From sequence record SRR20825006_1324: 51,896 nucleotides of DNA; one strand, 5' to 3'. The first letter of the stretch is position 1. Every line of letters starts with the position of its first letter. Shown in pieces: positions 1 to 9,756 of the stretch. The notes beneath the pieces are model-generated. The model had not been told where the DNA came from. It was given only the letters and a program-made list of their open reading frames with translations, and did not search any database. Made by a program: the position numbers and the translations under genes.

Positions 1-420
1 CATTCCACCTTCGGTAGAATACATAATCATGTTTCTGCCAGTAGAGCGATTAAGAAGAACACTCATATAGTACTCTTCAGGTTCACTATCACCAGGATAA
101 TAAACATCTTCAGCAACTAAAATTTGATGTACTTTTTTTCCTTCAGCTGAGGTTTGAGGAGTAATCAGGTTCATTCCGATTATATTTCCTGAAATTTCTT
201 CAACTTCCTGCAGGTTTTTAGCAAGTTTTACACCACCACCTTTTCCACGGCCACCTGCGTGAACTTGTGCTTTTATTACGTGCCAGCCAGTTCCTGTAGT
301 TTCAGTAAGCTTTTTTGCTGCTGCTACAGCTTCTTCTGGAGTAGTTGCAACGATTCCGCGTTGTATTTCAACGCCAAAACTGTTTAGTATTTCTTTTCCC
401 TGATATTCGTGTAAATTCAT
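1..420 (-). CDS. sucC: Succinate--CoA ligase (ADP-forming) beta subunit, N-terminal part (runs off the window edge)
   Basis: Not in the ORF track. Manual translation from ATG at 420 gives MNLHEYQGKEILNSFGV...VIKAQVHAGGRGKGGGVKLAK, the SucC N-terminal signature. Confidence 0.96.
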   Translation of the reverse strand, partial: MNLHEYQGKEILNSFGVEIQRGIVATTPEEAVAAAKKLTETTGTGWHVIKAQVHAGGRGKGGGVKLAKNLQEVEEISGNIIGMNLITPQTSAEGKKVHQILVAEDVYYPGDSEPEEYYMSVLLNRSTGRNMIMYSTEGGM

Positions 421-450
421 AGTAGCGGTTTTGTACTTGTTTATGGAATG

Positions 451-458
451 CAAAAATA
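451..458 (-). promoter_or_regulatory. Bacteroidota housekeeping -7 promoter element (TATTTTTG) for sucC
   Basis: Matches TAnnTTTG 30 nt upstream of the sucC ATG. Confidence 0.65.
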
Positions 459-574
459 ATAAATGTCATAGGAATGGACTAATGTTTTTTAAGCTTTGCT
501 TCTTTGAATTTATATTATTTCACTAAAAAATAAAAATTAAGTAAATATTAATGAAGAGTTTCTGGTTACATCCC

Positions 575-582
575 TATTTTTG
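575..582 (+). promoter_or_regulatory. -7 promoter element (TATTTTTG) for lysA
   Basis: TAnnTTTG followed by CCAC, 35 nt upstream of the ATG. Confidence 0.7.
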
Positions 583-617
583 CCACTTAATTTTAAAAAA
601 TCAAATAATTTAAACCA

Positions 618-1823
618 ATGAAAAATCAAGACCTTTTGGCGATAGCCCAAGAATTCGGAAGCCCTGTATATGTTTATGACGCTGCAAAAATAGAAAAGCA
701 GTATAAACGGTTAACTGGTGCTTTTGATAAGGTGGAGAATTTGAGGATAAATTATGCGGTAAAAGCACTTTCAAATATTTCAGTGCTAAAGTTATTAATA
801 AATATGGGTAGTGGTTTAGATACGGTATCCATTCAAGAAGTTATGTTAGGGTTGGAAGCAGGTGCAAAACCTGAGAATATTATTTTTACTCCTAACGGAA
901 TTTCTATGGAAGAAATAGAAAAAGCTGCAAAACTTGGAGTGCAAATTAATATTGATAATTTATCTATTTTAGAGCAATTTGGTACAAAGCATCCAAAAAC
1001 ACCAGTTTGTATTCGTATAAATCCTCACGTAATGGCGGGAGGAAACACTAATATTTCGGTGGGACATATTGATAGTAAATTTGGTATTTCTATCCACCAA
1101 ATGCCTTTATTAAAACGTATTGTTGAAAATACAGGGATGAATATTAATGGTATACATATGCATACCGGTAGTGATATTCTGGATATTGATGTGTTTTTAT
1201 ATGCTTCGGAAATACTTTTTAGTGCGGCAGAAAATTTTGATAACCTTGAGTTTATTGATTTCGGAAGTGGATTTAAAGTTCCGTATAAAGAAGGAGATAT
1301 AGAGACAAATGTTGAGGAACTCGGTAAGAAGCTAAGTAAAAGGTTTAATGAGTTCAGCAAAAAATATGGGAAGAAACTTACACTAGCTTTTGAGCCAGGT
1401 AAATTTTTAGTGAGTGAAGCTGGGCAGTTTTTAGTAAATGTGAATGTTATAAAACAAACAACATCTACTGTATTTGCTCAGGTAGATAGCGGTTTTAATC
1501 ATTTAATTCGCCCAATGCTTTATGGTTCACAACATGAAATTACAAACGTTTCACGCCCTAAAGGAAGAGACCGTTTTTATACGGTAACAGGTTATATTTG
1601 CGAAACAGATACCTTTGCTAATAATCGTAGAATAACTGAAATTCACGAAGGAGATATACTTTCTTTTCATAATGCAGGGGCATATTGCTTTACAATGGCT
1701 AGTAACTATAACTCTCGATATCGTCCAGCTGAAGTACTTTGGTATAAAGGAAAAGCACATCTAATTAGAAAAAGAGAAACCTTTGATGATATTCTAAAAA
1801 ACCAAATTGCCATAGCGTTATAA
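618..1823 (+). CDS. lysA: Diaminopimelate decarboxylase
   Basis: YAVKA PLP lysine, SKFG, HMHTGS, FEPGKF, ICETD and GAYCFTMASNYNS motifs. Confidence 0.96.
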   Translation: MKNQDLLAIAQEFGSPVYVYDAAKIEKQYKRLTGAFDKVENLRINYAVKALSNISVLKLLINMGSGLDTVSIQEVMLGLEAGAKPENIIFTPNGISMEEIEKAAKLGVQINIDNLSILEQFGTKHPKTPVCIRINPHVMAGGNTNISVGHIDSKFGISIHQMPLLKRIVENTGMNINGIHMHTGSDILDIDVFLYASEILFSAAENFDNLEFIDFGSGFKVPYKEGDIETNVEELGKKLSKRFNEFSKKYGKKLTLAFEPGKFLVSEAGQFLVNVNVIKQTTSTVFAQVDSGFNHLIRPMLYGSQHEITNVSRPKGRDRFYTVTGYICETDTFANNRRITEIHEGDILSFHNAGAYCFTMASNYNSRYRPAEVLWYKGKAHLIRKRETFDDILKNQIAIAL

Positions 1824-1946
1824 GCCTAGTTAATGCGCTGCTTATTGGCTTATAAAAGGTAATTTTGTTAAAATATTATTGAGATGGTAAAATTTTAAGT
1901 TTTTAAAATAAACAATATGAAAAAGGCTTATTGTCAATTTTAATAC

Positions 1947-1954
1947 TATCTTTG
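1947..1954 (+). promoter_or_regulatory. -7 promoter element (TATCTTTG) for the cold-shock gene
   Basis: Exact TAnnTTTG 31 nt upstream of the ATG, implying a short 5' UTR. Confidence 0.7.
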
Positions 1955-1985
1955 CCACTTATTATAAATTTTTTAATTAAATACA

Positions 1986-2177
1986 ATGAACAAAGGAACA
2001 GTAAAATTCTTCAACGACACCAAAGGTTTCGGTTTTATCACTGAAGAAGGAACAAACAAAGAACATTTTGTACACATTTCAGGCCTAATCGACGAAGTTC
2101 GTGAAGGTGACGAAGTAGAATTTGATCTTCAAGAAGGAAAAAAAGGATTGAACGCGGTTAACGTAAAAGTACTTTAA
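1986..2177 (+). CDS. Cold-shock protein (CspA family)
   Basis: 63 aa with GTVKFFN, RNP1 KGFGFI and RNP2-like HFVH. Confidence 0.97.
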   Translation: MNKGTVKFFNDTKGFGFITEEGTNKEHFVHISGLIDEVREGDEVEFDLQEGKKGLNAVNVKVL

Positions 2178-2198
2178 TACACACAATTTTTTTAGTAG

Positions 2199-2227
2199 AA
2201 AGCCTCCCAATCGGGAGGCTTTTTTTA
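2199..2227 (+). terminator. Intrinsic terminator after csp
   Basis: AAAGCCTCCC-AATC-GGGAGGCTTT stem followed by a T-run. Confidence 0.92.
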
Positions 2228-2285
2228 TGATATAATTTGATTGAGTATTCTTTTGCTCCTCAAAATTTATGATGTTGATTAGCTG

Positions 2286-2318
2286 TTTTATGATTTTTTT
2301 ATGATAATTTTATGGAAA
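2286..2318 (+). repeat. Three 11-bp-period direct repeats (TTTTATGATTT / TTTTATGATAA / TTTTATGGAAA) upstream of the M36 peptidase
   Basis: Cores start at 2286, 2297 and 2308; further similar cores at 2223 and 2265. Confidence 0.6.
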
Positions 2319-2338
2319 TAACCAAATCAACTATAAAA

Positions 2339-5300
2339 ATGAGAATACCTACATTATGCTTGATAGCATTAAGTATGCTATCTATTCAATTATCCGCACA
2401 GAATAAAAACCCCGAAAAAGAAAAAGAAGAACAACGAATTGCTACAGAAACGTCTTCTATTTCTTTAGAAAAGCGCATTAGCCAGAAAGACAATTCCTAT
2501 GTGGTAACCAATGAACACATTAGTAGTTTAAGTGGTATTCGTCACGTATATTTAAGACAGGCAATAAATAATCTAGAAGTTTACGGCACTGAATCAAGTG
2601 TGCATATAGACAAAACTGGTGCAGTTGTAATGGAGCACAATAGGTTTCTTACTGATATAAATGCAACTTTAAAAAGTAGCTCACAAGGAGTTTCTGCCTC
2701 GCAAGCAATAACTTCGGTTGCTAGACAAATGGGGTATAAAATTTCAAACCTCCAAGAAATTAATAAAATAGGTGGAACTAATAAAGCTGCATTATTTAAT
2801 AAAGCTAACATCTCTTTAGTGGATATTCCTGTTAAGTTAATGTATTATTACAGAGAAGGATATGGCACTCAATTGGTGTGGGAGCTTTCTATAGCTGAAA
2901 AAACTAGCTCAGATTGGTGGAATTTTCGAGTTGATGCTACCAGTGGGCAAATCATAGATAAAGAAAACTGGACAGTTTCTTGTAATATAATGGATGATCA
3001 TAACAAACATTTCCATGGTGAAACTTCCCCAGCAAGTCCAATAGTTGTTGGACCATTAAATGAAAATGAATCACTTTATAATTATAATAAGACTTCAAAT
3101 ACATCGGTTTTTGAAGCAACTCCAGCTTTAGTAGGCGGGTATAGAGTATATGCAATGCCAGTAGAATCTCCTAATCATGGTTCACGAACATTGCAAAATG
3201 ATCCTGATAATGCAGTAGCTTCACCATTCGGATGGCATGACACAAATGGGGTTGCAGGAGCAGAGTATACCGTAACAACTGGTAATAACGTAGATGCACA
3301 TAAAGGTTCCGATCGTCCAGATGGAACAGCATCATTAACTTTCGACTTTCCTATAGACTTAAACCAAAATCCAGCTTCTAATACAGCGCCTTACATTACA
3401 AATTTATTTTATTGGAATAATATTATTCATGATGTGTTTTACTTATATGGATTTGACGAAGTGAGTGGTAATTTCCAAGAAAACAATTACGGAAATGGCG
3501 GTGTTGGATCAGATAGTGTAAATGCTAATGCACATGCTTCTGGAAATTGTAACGCTAATTTTGGTACACCTGCCGATGGATCAAACCCTACAATGAATAT
3601 GTTTCTATGTAGCAATTCAACACCATCACATGATGGAGGTCTTGATGCTGGTGTGGTTGTTCACGAATATGGGCATGGAATTTCAAATAGACTTACAGGA
3701 GGTCCTTCAAGTGTAGGGTGTTTAAATAATCAAGAACAAATGGGTGAAGGCTGGAGTGATATCTTTGGTTTGTTACTTACAATCGAACCAGGTGATGCAG
3801 GGACAGATGCTAGAGGTGTAGGTACTTATTTATTAGGACAACCAATAACTGGTGTTGGGGTAAGAACGCAACGCTATAGTACAGATTTTGCTGTTAATAA
3901 TCATACGTATGATGATATTAAAACCATGGTAGCACCACATGGTGTTGGTGAGGTTTGGGCTACAATGGTCTGGGATATGGCTTGGGCTATTATTGCAACA
4001 GATGGGTTTGATCCAGATGTTTACAATGGTACAGGTGGAAATAACGTGGCTTTAGCGATAGTTACCGAAGGATTAAAACTGCAACCTTGTAGTCCTGGTT
4101 TTGTGGATGGACGTGATGCAATTTTAGCTGCTGACCAAGCACTTTATGGTGGCGCACACGCTTGTGTAATTTGGGAAGCCTTTGCAAGAAGAGGCTTGGG
4201 GTATAGTGCAGATCAAGGTTCTTCAGGAAGTAAATCTGATGGAACTGAAGCATTCGACTTACCTCCAAGTTTTTCTAGCCTAGATACAATCGAAGAAGTA
4301 TGTCTTGCAGATGGTGTTCAAACAGGTCTTTCTGGAGGAAATCCAGTTGGAGGTGTTTATGGTGGGCCTGGTGTAACTGATGATGGTAACGGAACAACAT
4401 TTACATTCGACCCAAGTGTAGGGGGAGCAGGTTTAGTAACAGTAACCTATGTGGTGAATGATTTCTGTTCTGGAGTACCAACTACATTAACTGATGATAT
4501 TAACGTTACCAATGAAGCACCTGAAATTATTTGTATGGGATCGGGAACAATTCCTATGACGGGTTCACAAGCGAGTAGTACGGGAGCTCCAATTCCAGAC
4601 AATAACACAGCTGGTGTTACTGTAACAATGAATGTAACGGATGATATTACAATTATGGACTTAAATGTAAATTTAGATATTTCACACACATGGGTGGGTG
4701 ATGTAATTGTAAAAATTAAATCACCTTCAGGTACAGAAGCAACTATTGTTGATAGACCAGGAAGAATAGCGATTGGTTATGGCTGTTCTGGAAACAATAT
4801 TCTAGCAACTTTAGATGATGAAGCAGCTAGTTCTGTTGAAAATGAATGTGCTAGTTCTGAACCAACTATTAATGGAACTTTTATACCTAACAATCCGCTT
4901 TCTGTATTTGATGGGGAAAGTACTTTAGGGGTATGGGAGCTTACAGCTTCAGATGCTGTTTCTGGTGATACAGGTTCAATAAATAGCTGGGGATTAAATT
5001 ATGAATATGAAATAGTTGCTCCTATACTAGATGTTACACTTGATGGAAGTGGAAATGCAACAGTAAATGCAGAAGATTTATTGTTTAGTGTTGCTGTAAA
5101 ATGTGGAGGATATACTGTGTTAGGCGGTAACCCATTGGCAACTACAGTTAATTTTACCTGTGCCGATGTTGGTTTGAATAATGTATTAGTTCAAGCAACT
5201 AATGATAATGGTGTTGCATCAACTTGTACTGCTGTGGTTAATGTAATTGAAACGGTAGCCCCAGTAATAACCTGTCCAGCAGACTTAACAGTTGGCATAG

Positions 5301-5779
5301 GAACTGCGACTCAATATACACTTCCAGATTATTTTGCAACAGGACAAGCTACAGTTACTGATAACTGTACAAATCCAGTAACGCTAACTACACAAAGCCC
5401 TGCTGCAGGAACAATGCTAGGTTTAGGAACTCATACCATTACCTTAACTGCAGAAGATGAATCTGAAAATATGAGTTCTTGTTCATTCGAGCTTACAATT
5501 GATGATACCGCAAGTGTGAATGATAACAGTTTGAATAATGAAAGTATTAAAATGCATCCGAATCCAACTTCTGGTATCTTGATGATTTCAAACCCGAATG
5601 AACTTGCATTAGATTATTTAAAAATATTCGATTTAAGAGGAAGATTAGTGAAAGCAATTGACCTGAATGCAATGGGTCTTGAAAAGTCTATTGATGTTTC
5701 TGAAATTGCTCCATCTACTTATTTAATTTTAATAGAAGGAAAAGATGGTCAGGTAACCAAGCGACTTATTAAGGAATAA
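2339..5779 (+). CDS. T9SS-secreted M36 (fungalysin) metallopeptidase with propeptide, proprotein-convertase P domain, HYR-like domain and type A CTD
   Basis: Signal peptide from ATG 2339 (MRIPTL..., preferred to 2312). FTP/PepSY-like propeptide; HEYGH, MGEGWSD and HGVGEVW motifs; P-domain motif HTWVGD; C-terminal HPNPT...KRLIKE. Confidence 0.92.
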   Translation: MRIPTLCLIALSMLSIQLSAQNKNPEKEKEEQRIATETSSISLEKRISQKDNSYVVTNEHISSLSGIRHVYLRQAINNLEVYGTESSVHIDKTGAVVMEHNRFLTDINATLKSSSQGVSASQAITSVARQMGYKISNLQEINKIGGTNKAALFNKANISLVDIPVKLMYYYREGYGTQLVWELSIAEKTSSDWWNFRVDATSGQIIDKENWTVSCNIMDDHNKHFHGETSPASPIVVGPLNENESLYNYNKTSNTSVFEATPALVGGYRVYAMPVESPNHGSRTLQNDPDNAVASPFGWHDTNGVAGAEYTVTTGNNVDAHKGSDRPDGTASLTFDFPIDLNQNPASNTAPYITNLFYWNNIIHDVFYLYGFDEVSGNFQENNYGNGGVGSDSVNANAHASGNCNANFGTPADGSNPTMNMFLCSNSTPSHDGGLDAGVVVHEYGHGISNRLTGGPSSVGCLNNQEQMGEGWSDIFGLLLTIEPGDAGTDARGVGTYLLGQPITGVGVRTQRYSTDFAVNNHTYDDIKTMVAPHGVGEVWATMVWDMAWAIIATDGFDPDVYNGTGGNNVALAIVTEGLKLQPCSPGFVDGRDAILAADQALYGGAHACVIWEAFARRGLGYSADQGSSGSKSDGTEAFDLPPSFSSLDTIEEVCLADGVQTGLSGGNPVGGVYGGPGVTDDGNGTTFTFDPSVGGAGLVTVTYVVNDFCSGVPTTLTDDINVTNEAPEIICMGSGTIPMTGSQASSTGAPIPDNNTAGVTVTMNVTDDITIMDLNVNLDISHTWVGDVIVKIKSPSGTEATIVDRPGRIAIGYGCSGNNILATLDDEAASSVENECASSEPTINGTFIPNNPLSVFDGESTLGVWELTASDAVSGDTGSINSWGLNYEYEIVAPILDVTLDGSGNATVNAEDLLFSVAVKCGGYTVLGGNPLATTVNFTCADVGLNNVLVQATNDNGVASTCTAVVNVIETVAPVITCPADLTVGIGTATQYTLPDYFATGQATVTDNCTNPVTLTTQSPAAGTMLGLGTHTITLTAEDESENMSSCSFELTIDDTASVNDNSLNNESIKMHPNPTSGILMISNPNELALDYLKIFDLRGRLVKAIDLNAMGLEKSIDVSEIAPSTYLILIEGKDGQVTKRLIKE

Positions 5780-5800
5780 GTTTTATCCCTGATTTAAAGG

Positions 5801-5834
5801 AAAAACCCTTCCAAAATAATTGGAAGGGTTTTTT
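5801..5834. terminator. Bidirectional intrinsic terminator between the convergent M36 and FabK-like genes
   Basis: AAAAACCCTTCCAA-AATAA-TTGGAAGGGTTTTT, a perfect 14-bp stem with A/T tracts on both sides. Confidence 0.92.
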
Positions 5835-5867
5835 ATTAGGTGTGTTTTTCTAAAAAAATGAAGAAAC

Positions 5868-6809
5868 TTAAAGATCCGCAGCTTCTTTTTTTGCCACTTC
5901 AAACTCTTCAACCATTTCTTTTAATATCTGTGCAGCAGGTTTTATATCGTTGATTAATCCAGCTATTTGCCCTATTTCTAATTCCCCTTCTTCAAGATCA
6001 CCTTCAAACATACCACGTTTTGCTCGCGCGCGTCCTAAATGTGATATTAATTCCTCTTTTGAAGGGTTAGTGGTATAAAGTTGCATTACACTTTCAAAAA
6101 ATTTATTCTTTAGCATCCTAACTGGGGCTAATTCTTTTAAAGTTAAAAGCGTGTCGCCTTCCTTTGAATCCACCACCATTTGTTTAAAACTTTGATGGGA
6201 TGAAGCTTCTTCAGAAGCTACAAAACGACTTCCTACTTGTACACCATCTGCGCCCAAAATCATAGCAGATAGCATTCCACGCCCGTTGGCAATTCCTCCA
6301 GCTGCAATCAAAGGGATTTCAAGCTGTTGTTTTACCATAGGGATTAATGTAAAAGTTGTAGTTTCTTCACGACCATTATGGCCGCCAGCTTCAAAGCCCT
6401 CAGCAACTATAGCATCAACTCCAGCTTCTTGTGCTTTTAAAGCAAATTTCACACTACTCACAACGTGAACAACTGTTATTCCATTATTTTTAAGTTTGGA
6501 AGTATGTGTTTTTGGATTTCCAGCAGAGGTAAAGACAATTTTTACGTCTTCTTCAATAATGATATCTATTATCTTATCAATATCTGGATAAAGCATTGGC
6601 ACATTGACGCCAAAGGGATTGTTAGTTGCTTTTTTACATTTTTGAATATGTTCGCGAAGCACCTCTGGGTACATTGAGCCAGCGCCCAAAAGCCCCAAGC
6701 CACCAGCATTTGAAACAGCACTGGCTAGTCGCCAGCCGCTGTTCCAAATCATTCCGGCTTGTATTATTGGGTATTTTATATTAAAAAGTTCGGTAACCCG
6801 GTTTTGCAC
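5868..6809 (-). CDS. FMN-dependent nitronate monooxygenase family / FabK-like enoyl-ACP reductase II
   Basis: YPIIQAGM, EGFEAGGH (catalytic His), IAAGGI and GVQVGSRF motifs. GTG start overlaps the S8 TAG stop by 1 nt. Confidence 0.85.
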   Translation of the reverse strand: MQNRVTELFNIKYPIIQAGMIWNSGWRLASAVSNAGGLGLLGAGSMYPEVLREHIQKCKKATNNPFGVNVPMLYPDIDKIIDIIIEEDVKIVFTSAGNPKTHTSKLKNNGITVVHVVSSVKFALKAQEAGVDAIVAEGFEAGGHNGREETTTFTLIPMVKQQLEIPLIAAGGIANGRGMLSAMILGADGVQVGSRFVASEEASSHQSFKQMVVDSKEGDTLLTLKELAPVRMLKNKFFESVMQLYTTNPSKEELISHLGRARAKRGMFEGDLEEGELEIGQIAGLINDIKPAAQILKEMVEEFEVAKKEAADL

Positions 6810-8458
6810 TACTCTTTAATAATTTTGAAACTGGTTGTTTTGTTATTTGAAGTAATAGAAGCTATGTACATTCCTGAAGAAAGACCAGATACATCTATAC
6901 TATTTTTTAAAGTTGTAATATTCTCTTGCAGAATTCTTTCACCTAATACATTGTAAAGTGCAAACTCAGCTTTATCAGCAGATTTTGGGAAAGAAATATT
7001 AATTTGAGTTGTTACAGGGTTTGGGTAAAGAGCAAAAAGATTTTCTTGTAAATAATCTTCAGTACTTAACTGCAATAAAGCACCTAAGGCTTCTCCAAAA
7101 TCTGGAATTCCATATCCTAATTTATCTGTTGGGTTGGTGTATCTGCTAGCGGATTTACGAATTGCTTGCATAACAACATCATTTTTTAAATGTGGAACAG
7201 CTTGCCAAAGTGATGCTACAGCTCCAGCCATAATTGGTGAACTAAATGAAGTTCCGCTTGAAGTTGTTACATTCCCATTTTGATCAATTACTGCTGAATT
7301 AGAACCTTGAGCAACAACATCTGGTTTGATTCGTCCATCTGTAGTTGGTCCATACGAACTAAAATCAGAAGGTGTGCCAGTACTTGTTACCGAACCTATT
7401 GTAAAAGAACCAGGCGCATCTGCTGGAGTAGCTACATAACCAAAAGAACCAGGGCGACCATCATTACCAGCTGAGGTAACGTTAATCATTCCTTTATCAA
7501 ATGCATGATTTGCACCACGTGCTCCAATGGTAGTTTGTCCATCAAGGTCTTCATATTCATGATTATAAGCATTATTATCAAAATCTTGATAGCCTAATGA
7601 TGTATTTGTAACATATACACCTAAGCTATCAGAACGCTCTAATGCTTCAACCCAATAGGCTTCTTCAGCAGGCGATTCATTGCCACCATCTTCTGTTACA
7701 AAAAGATAGTAAGAAGCATCTGGTGCAGTACCAACAAAAGCTCTATTTGGATTCGAATTTTCTAAAAAACCAGCGGCATCACTAAACGTATTTGCTCCAT
7801 GGCTTCCAGTTCCGTTTGGATTTTCCACACGGTCTACAAAGTCATAATACCCAAGTAATCTTCCTTCATTTCTAAGTGTTTCGTATGCAGGGTTTGTTAA
7901 TACTCCTGGATATCCATTATCCATAAATGCAACGATAATATCTCTACCAGTATAATCATTTTCATGAAGGTAGTCAGCATTTAGCATTTCGGTTTGATTT
8001 CTAGCAGAACCATAATTATAAACAGGTCTAGCTTGTGTTTGATTTTCAATTTCAAACTTATCATTAATAAATTGTTTTCCAGAAGTTGGTCTGTTTAAAC
8101 TTTTATCTGCATATTCTACATCTGTAACAAAAGTTAGATTTAGTAGTTCATCAATGTTTGTTTTGGTTCCCTTTACATAAACAGCATTCATCCATTTTGA
8201 TTTTGCTAGTACTGTAATTCCTGTTGCAGCTTCAACAGTTGCTTTATAAGTTTCGTTAAGTGGTACATCACGTTCATCAATTACAATTCCTTGCGCCATT
8301 TTTCTATCGATGGCAGCTTGAGTCATTATACTTATTGGGTTAGCAATAGAGGTTGCAACGTCTTCTTTGTCTGCGAAAAACACAAGTGCTTCTTGCGTTT
8401 GTGCAAAGCTGAGTGTTGAAATAAAAATAATAATTAGTAGGGATAATTTTTTCATCAT
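6809..8458 (-). CDS. S8 subtilisin-like serine peptidase with T9SS type A CTD
   Basis: Triad motifs MDNG (D), SHGA (H), GTSFSSP (S); oxyanion SAGN; signal peptide; YPNP...FKIIKE tail. Confidence 0.92.
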   Translation of the reverse strand: MMKKLSLLIIIFISTLSFAQTQEALVFFADKEDVATSIANPISIMTQAAIDRKMAQGIVIDERDVPLNETYKATVEAATGITVLAKSKWMNAVYVKGTKTNIDELLNLTFVTDVEYADKSLNRPTSGKQFINDKFEIENQTQARPVYNYGSARNQTEMLNADYLHENDYTGRDIIVAFMDNGYPGVLTNPAYETLRNEGRLLGYYDFVDRVENPNGTGSHGANTFSDAAGFLENSNPNRAFVGTAPDASYYLFVTEDGGNESPAEEAYWVEALERSDSLGVYVTNTSLGYQDFDNNAYNHEYEDLDGQTTIGARGANHAFDKGMINVTSAGNDGRPGSFGYVATPADAPGSFTIGSVTSTGTPSDFSSYGPTTDGRIKPDVVAQGSNSAVIDQNGNVTTSSGTSFSSPIMAGAVASLWQAVPHLKNDVVMQAIRKSASRYTNPTDKLGYGIPDFGEALGALLQLSTEDYLQENLFALYPNPVTTQINISFPKSADKAEFALYNVLGERILQENITTLKNSIDVSGLSSGMYIASITSNNKTTSFKIIKE

Positions 8459-8467
8459 ATAAGGTTT

Positions 8468-9670
8468 TTAAGAGATCACACCGCTTCCTAATAATTCATC
8501 ACCTTTGTACCAAGCAACAAACTGGCCTTCGGTGATTGCGGATTGCGGGTTTTCAAATATAACATAAAGTCCCGAAACTGAACAGTATAATGTCGCTTTT
8601 TCTAAAGGTTGTCTATATCTTATTCGCGCCATCACTTCCATTTTTTCATCTTCGGCAAGTTTTAAATCTTCACGCACCCAATGAATTTCTTCATTTTTTA
8701 CAAAAAGACCACGTCTATAAAGGCCTGGATGGTTTTTGCCTTGGCCTGTATAAATAATATTTTGGTTTACATCGGTGTCAATTACAAATAGAGGTTCTTT
8801 AGTTCCGCCAACGGCCAAGCCCTTGCGTTGGCCTTTGGTAAAATAATGCGCTCCGTGGTGAATGCCCACTTTTTTGCCATCTACAGCTGTATACTTTCTT
8901 TTGGTTGAAAGGTATTTGAATTTTTCTTCTTCAGAAGTAAATTCCGTTTGAACTCTTTTGTATTCTGAAAAACTTGCAGGAACCTCAACAATAACACCGT
9001 CTTTTGGCGCTAATTTTTGCTGAAGAAATTCAGGAAGTCTAACTTTTCCTATAAAACATAAGCCTTGAGAATCGCGTTTTTCAGCAGTAACCAAATTTTG
9101 TTCTGAAGCTATTTTTCGAACTTCAGGCTTCAATAATTCACCAATAGGGAAAAGTGTTTTTGAAAGTTGCTCTTGCGAAAGTTGACAAAGAAAGTACGAT
9201 TGGTCTTTATTTGGGTCTTTTCCGGCAAGTAAATGATGTGTTTTTTTCTCTTCACCATTCTCTTGAATAAGTGTAGTGTTTGTGCGACAATAATGCCCAG
9301 TTGCTACAAAATCTGCACCTAAACCAAGTGCGATTTTCATAAATACATCAAATTTTATTTCGCGATTGCAAAGTACATCTGGGTTTGGAGTTCGCCCCAT
9401 TTGGTACTCACGAAACATATAATCTACAATTCGTTCTTTATATTCTTCACTTAAATCGACCGTTTGAAATGGAATTCCAAGTTTTTCAGCCACAATCATT
9501 GCGTCATTACTATCTTCCAGCCAAGGGCATTCATCAGATATTGTAACGGAATCATCATGCCAATTTTTCATAAATAAGCCAATAACATCGTAGCCTTGTT
9601 CTTTTAAAAGATAGGCTGCAACGCTAGAGTCTACACCTCCGCTTAATCCTACGACAACTCGTTTTTTCAT
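8468..9670 (-). CDS. mnmA: tRNA 2-thiouridine(34) synthase
   Basis: SGGVDSS PP-loop, [26 protein letters not shown] and DSQGLCF motifs. Confidence 0.98.
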   Translation of the reverse strand: MKKRVVVGLSGGVDSSVAAYLLKEQGYDVIGLFMKNWHDDSVTISDECPWLEDSNDAMIVAEKLGIPFQTVDLSEEYKERIVDYMFREYQMGRTPNPDVLCNREIKFDVFMKIALGLGADFVATGHYCRTNTTLIQENGEEKKTHHLLAGKDPNKDQSYFLCQLSQEQLSKTLFPIGELLKPEVRKIASEQNLVTAEKRDSQGLCFIGKVRLPEFLQQKLAPKDGVIVEVPASFSEYKRVQTEFTSEEEKFKYLSTKRKYTAVDGKKVGIHHGAHYFTKGQRKGLAVGGTKEPLFVIDTDVNQNIIYTGQGKNHPGLYRRGLFVKNEEIHWVREDLKLAEDEKMEVMARIRYRQPLEKATLYCSVSGLYVIFENPQSAITEGQFVAWYKGDELLGSGVIS

Positions 9671-9687
9671 GAAATAATTATGTAATG

Positions 9688-9695
9688 CAAAGATA
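9688..9695 (-). promoter_or_regulatory. -7 promoter element (TATCTTTG) for mnmA-S8-fabK
   Basis: Exact TAnnTTTG 17 nt upstream of the ATG. Confidence 0.7.
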
Positions 9696-9756
9696 AAAAA
9701 GACTTTCTAAATGGTATTGTCGGAAGCTTTTAGACTACCTTACTATAAAAAATAGA

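Noticed and set aside
421-617. Lysine riboswitch upstream of lysA
   Set aside because: The region is AT-rich and unstructured, and the -7 box leaves only about 30 nt of leader.
1818-1855. Inverted repeat TTATAAGCC...GGCTTATAA after lysA as a terminator
   Set aside because: 9-bp AT-rich stem, 20-nt loop and no U-tract; too weak to call.
1955-1985. cspA-type long 5' UTR thermometer
   Set aside because: The predicted leader is under 30 nt and almost all A/T.
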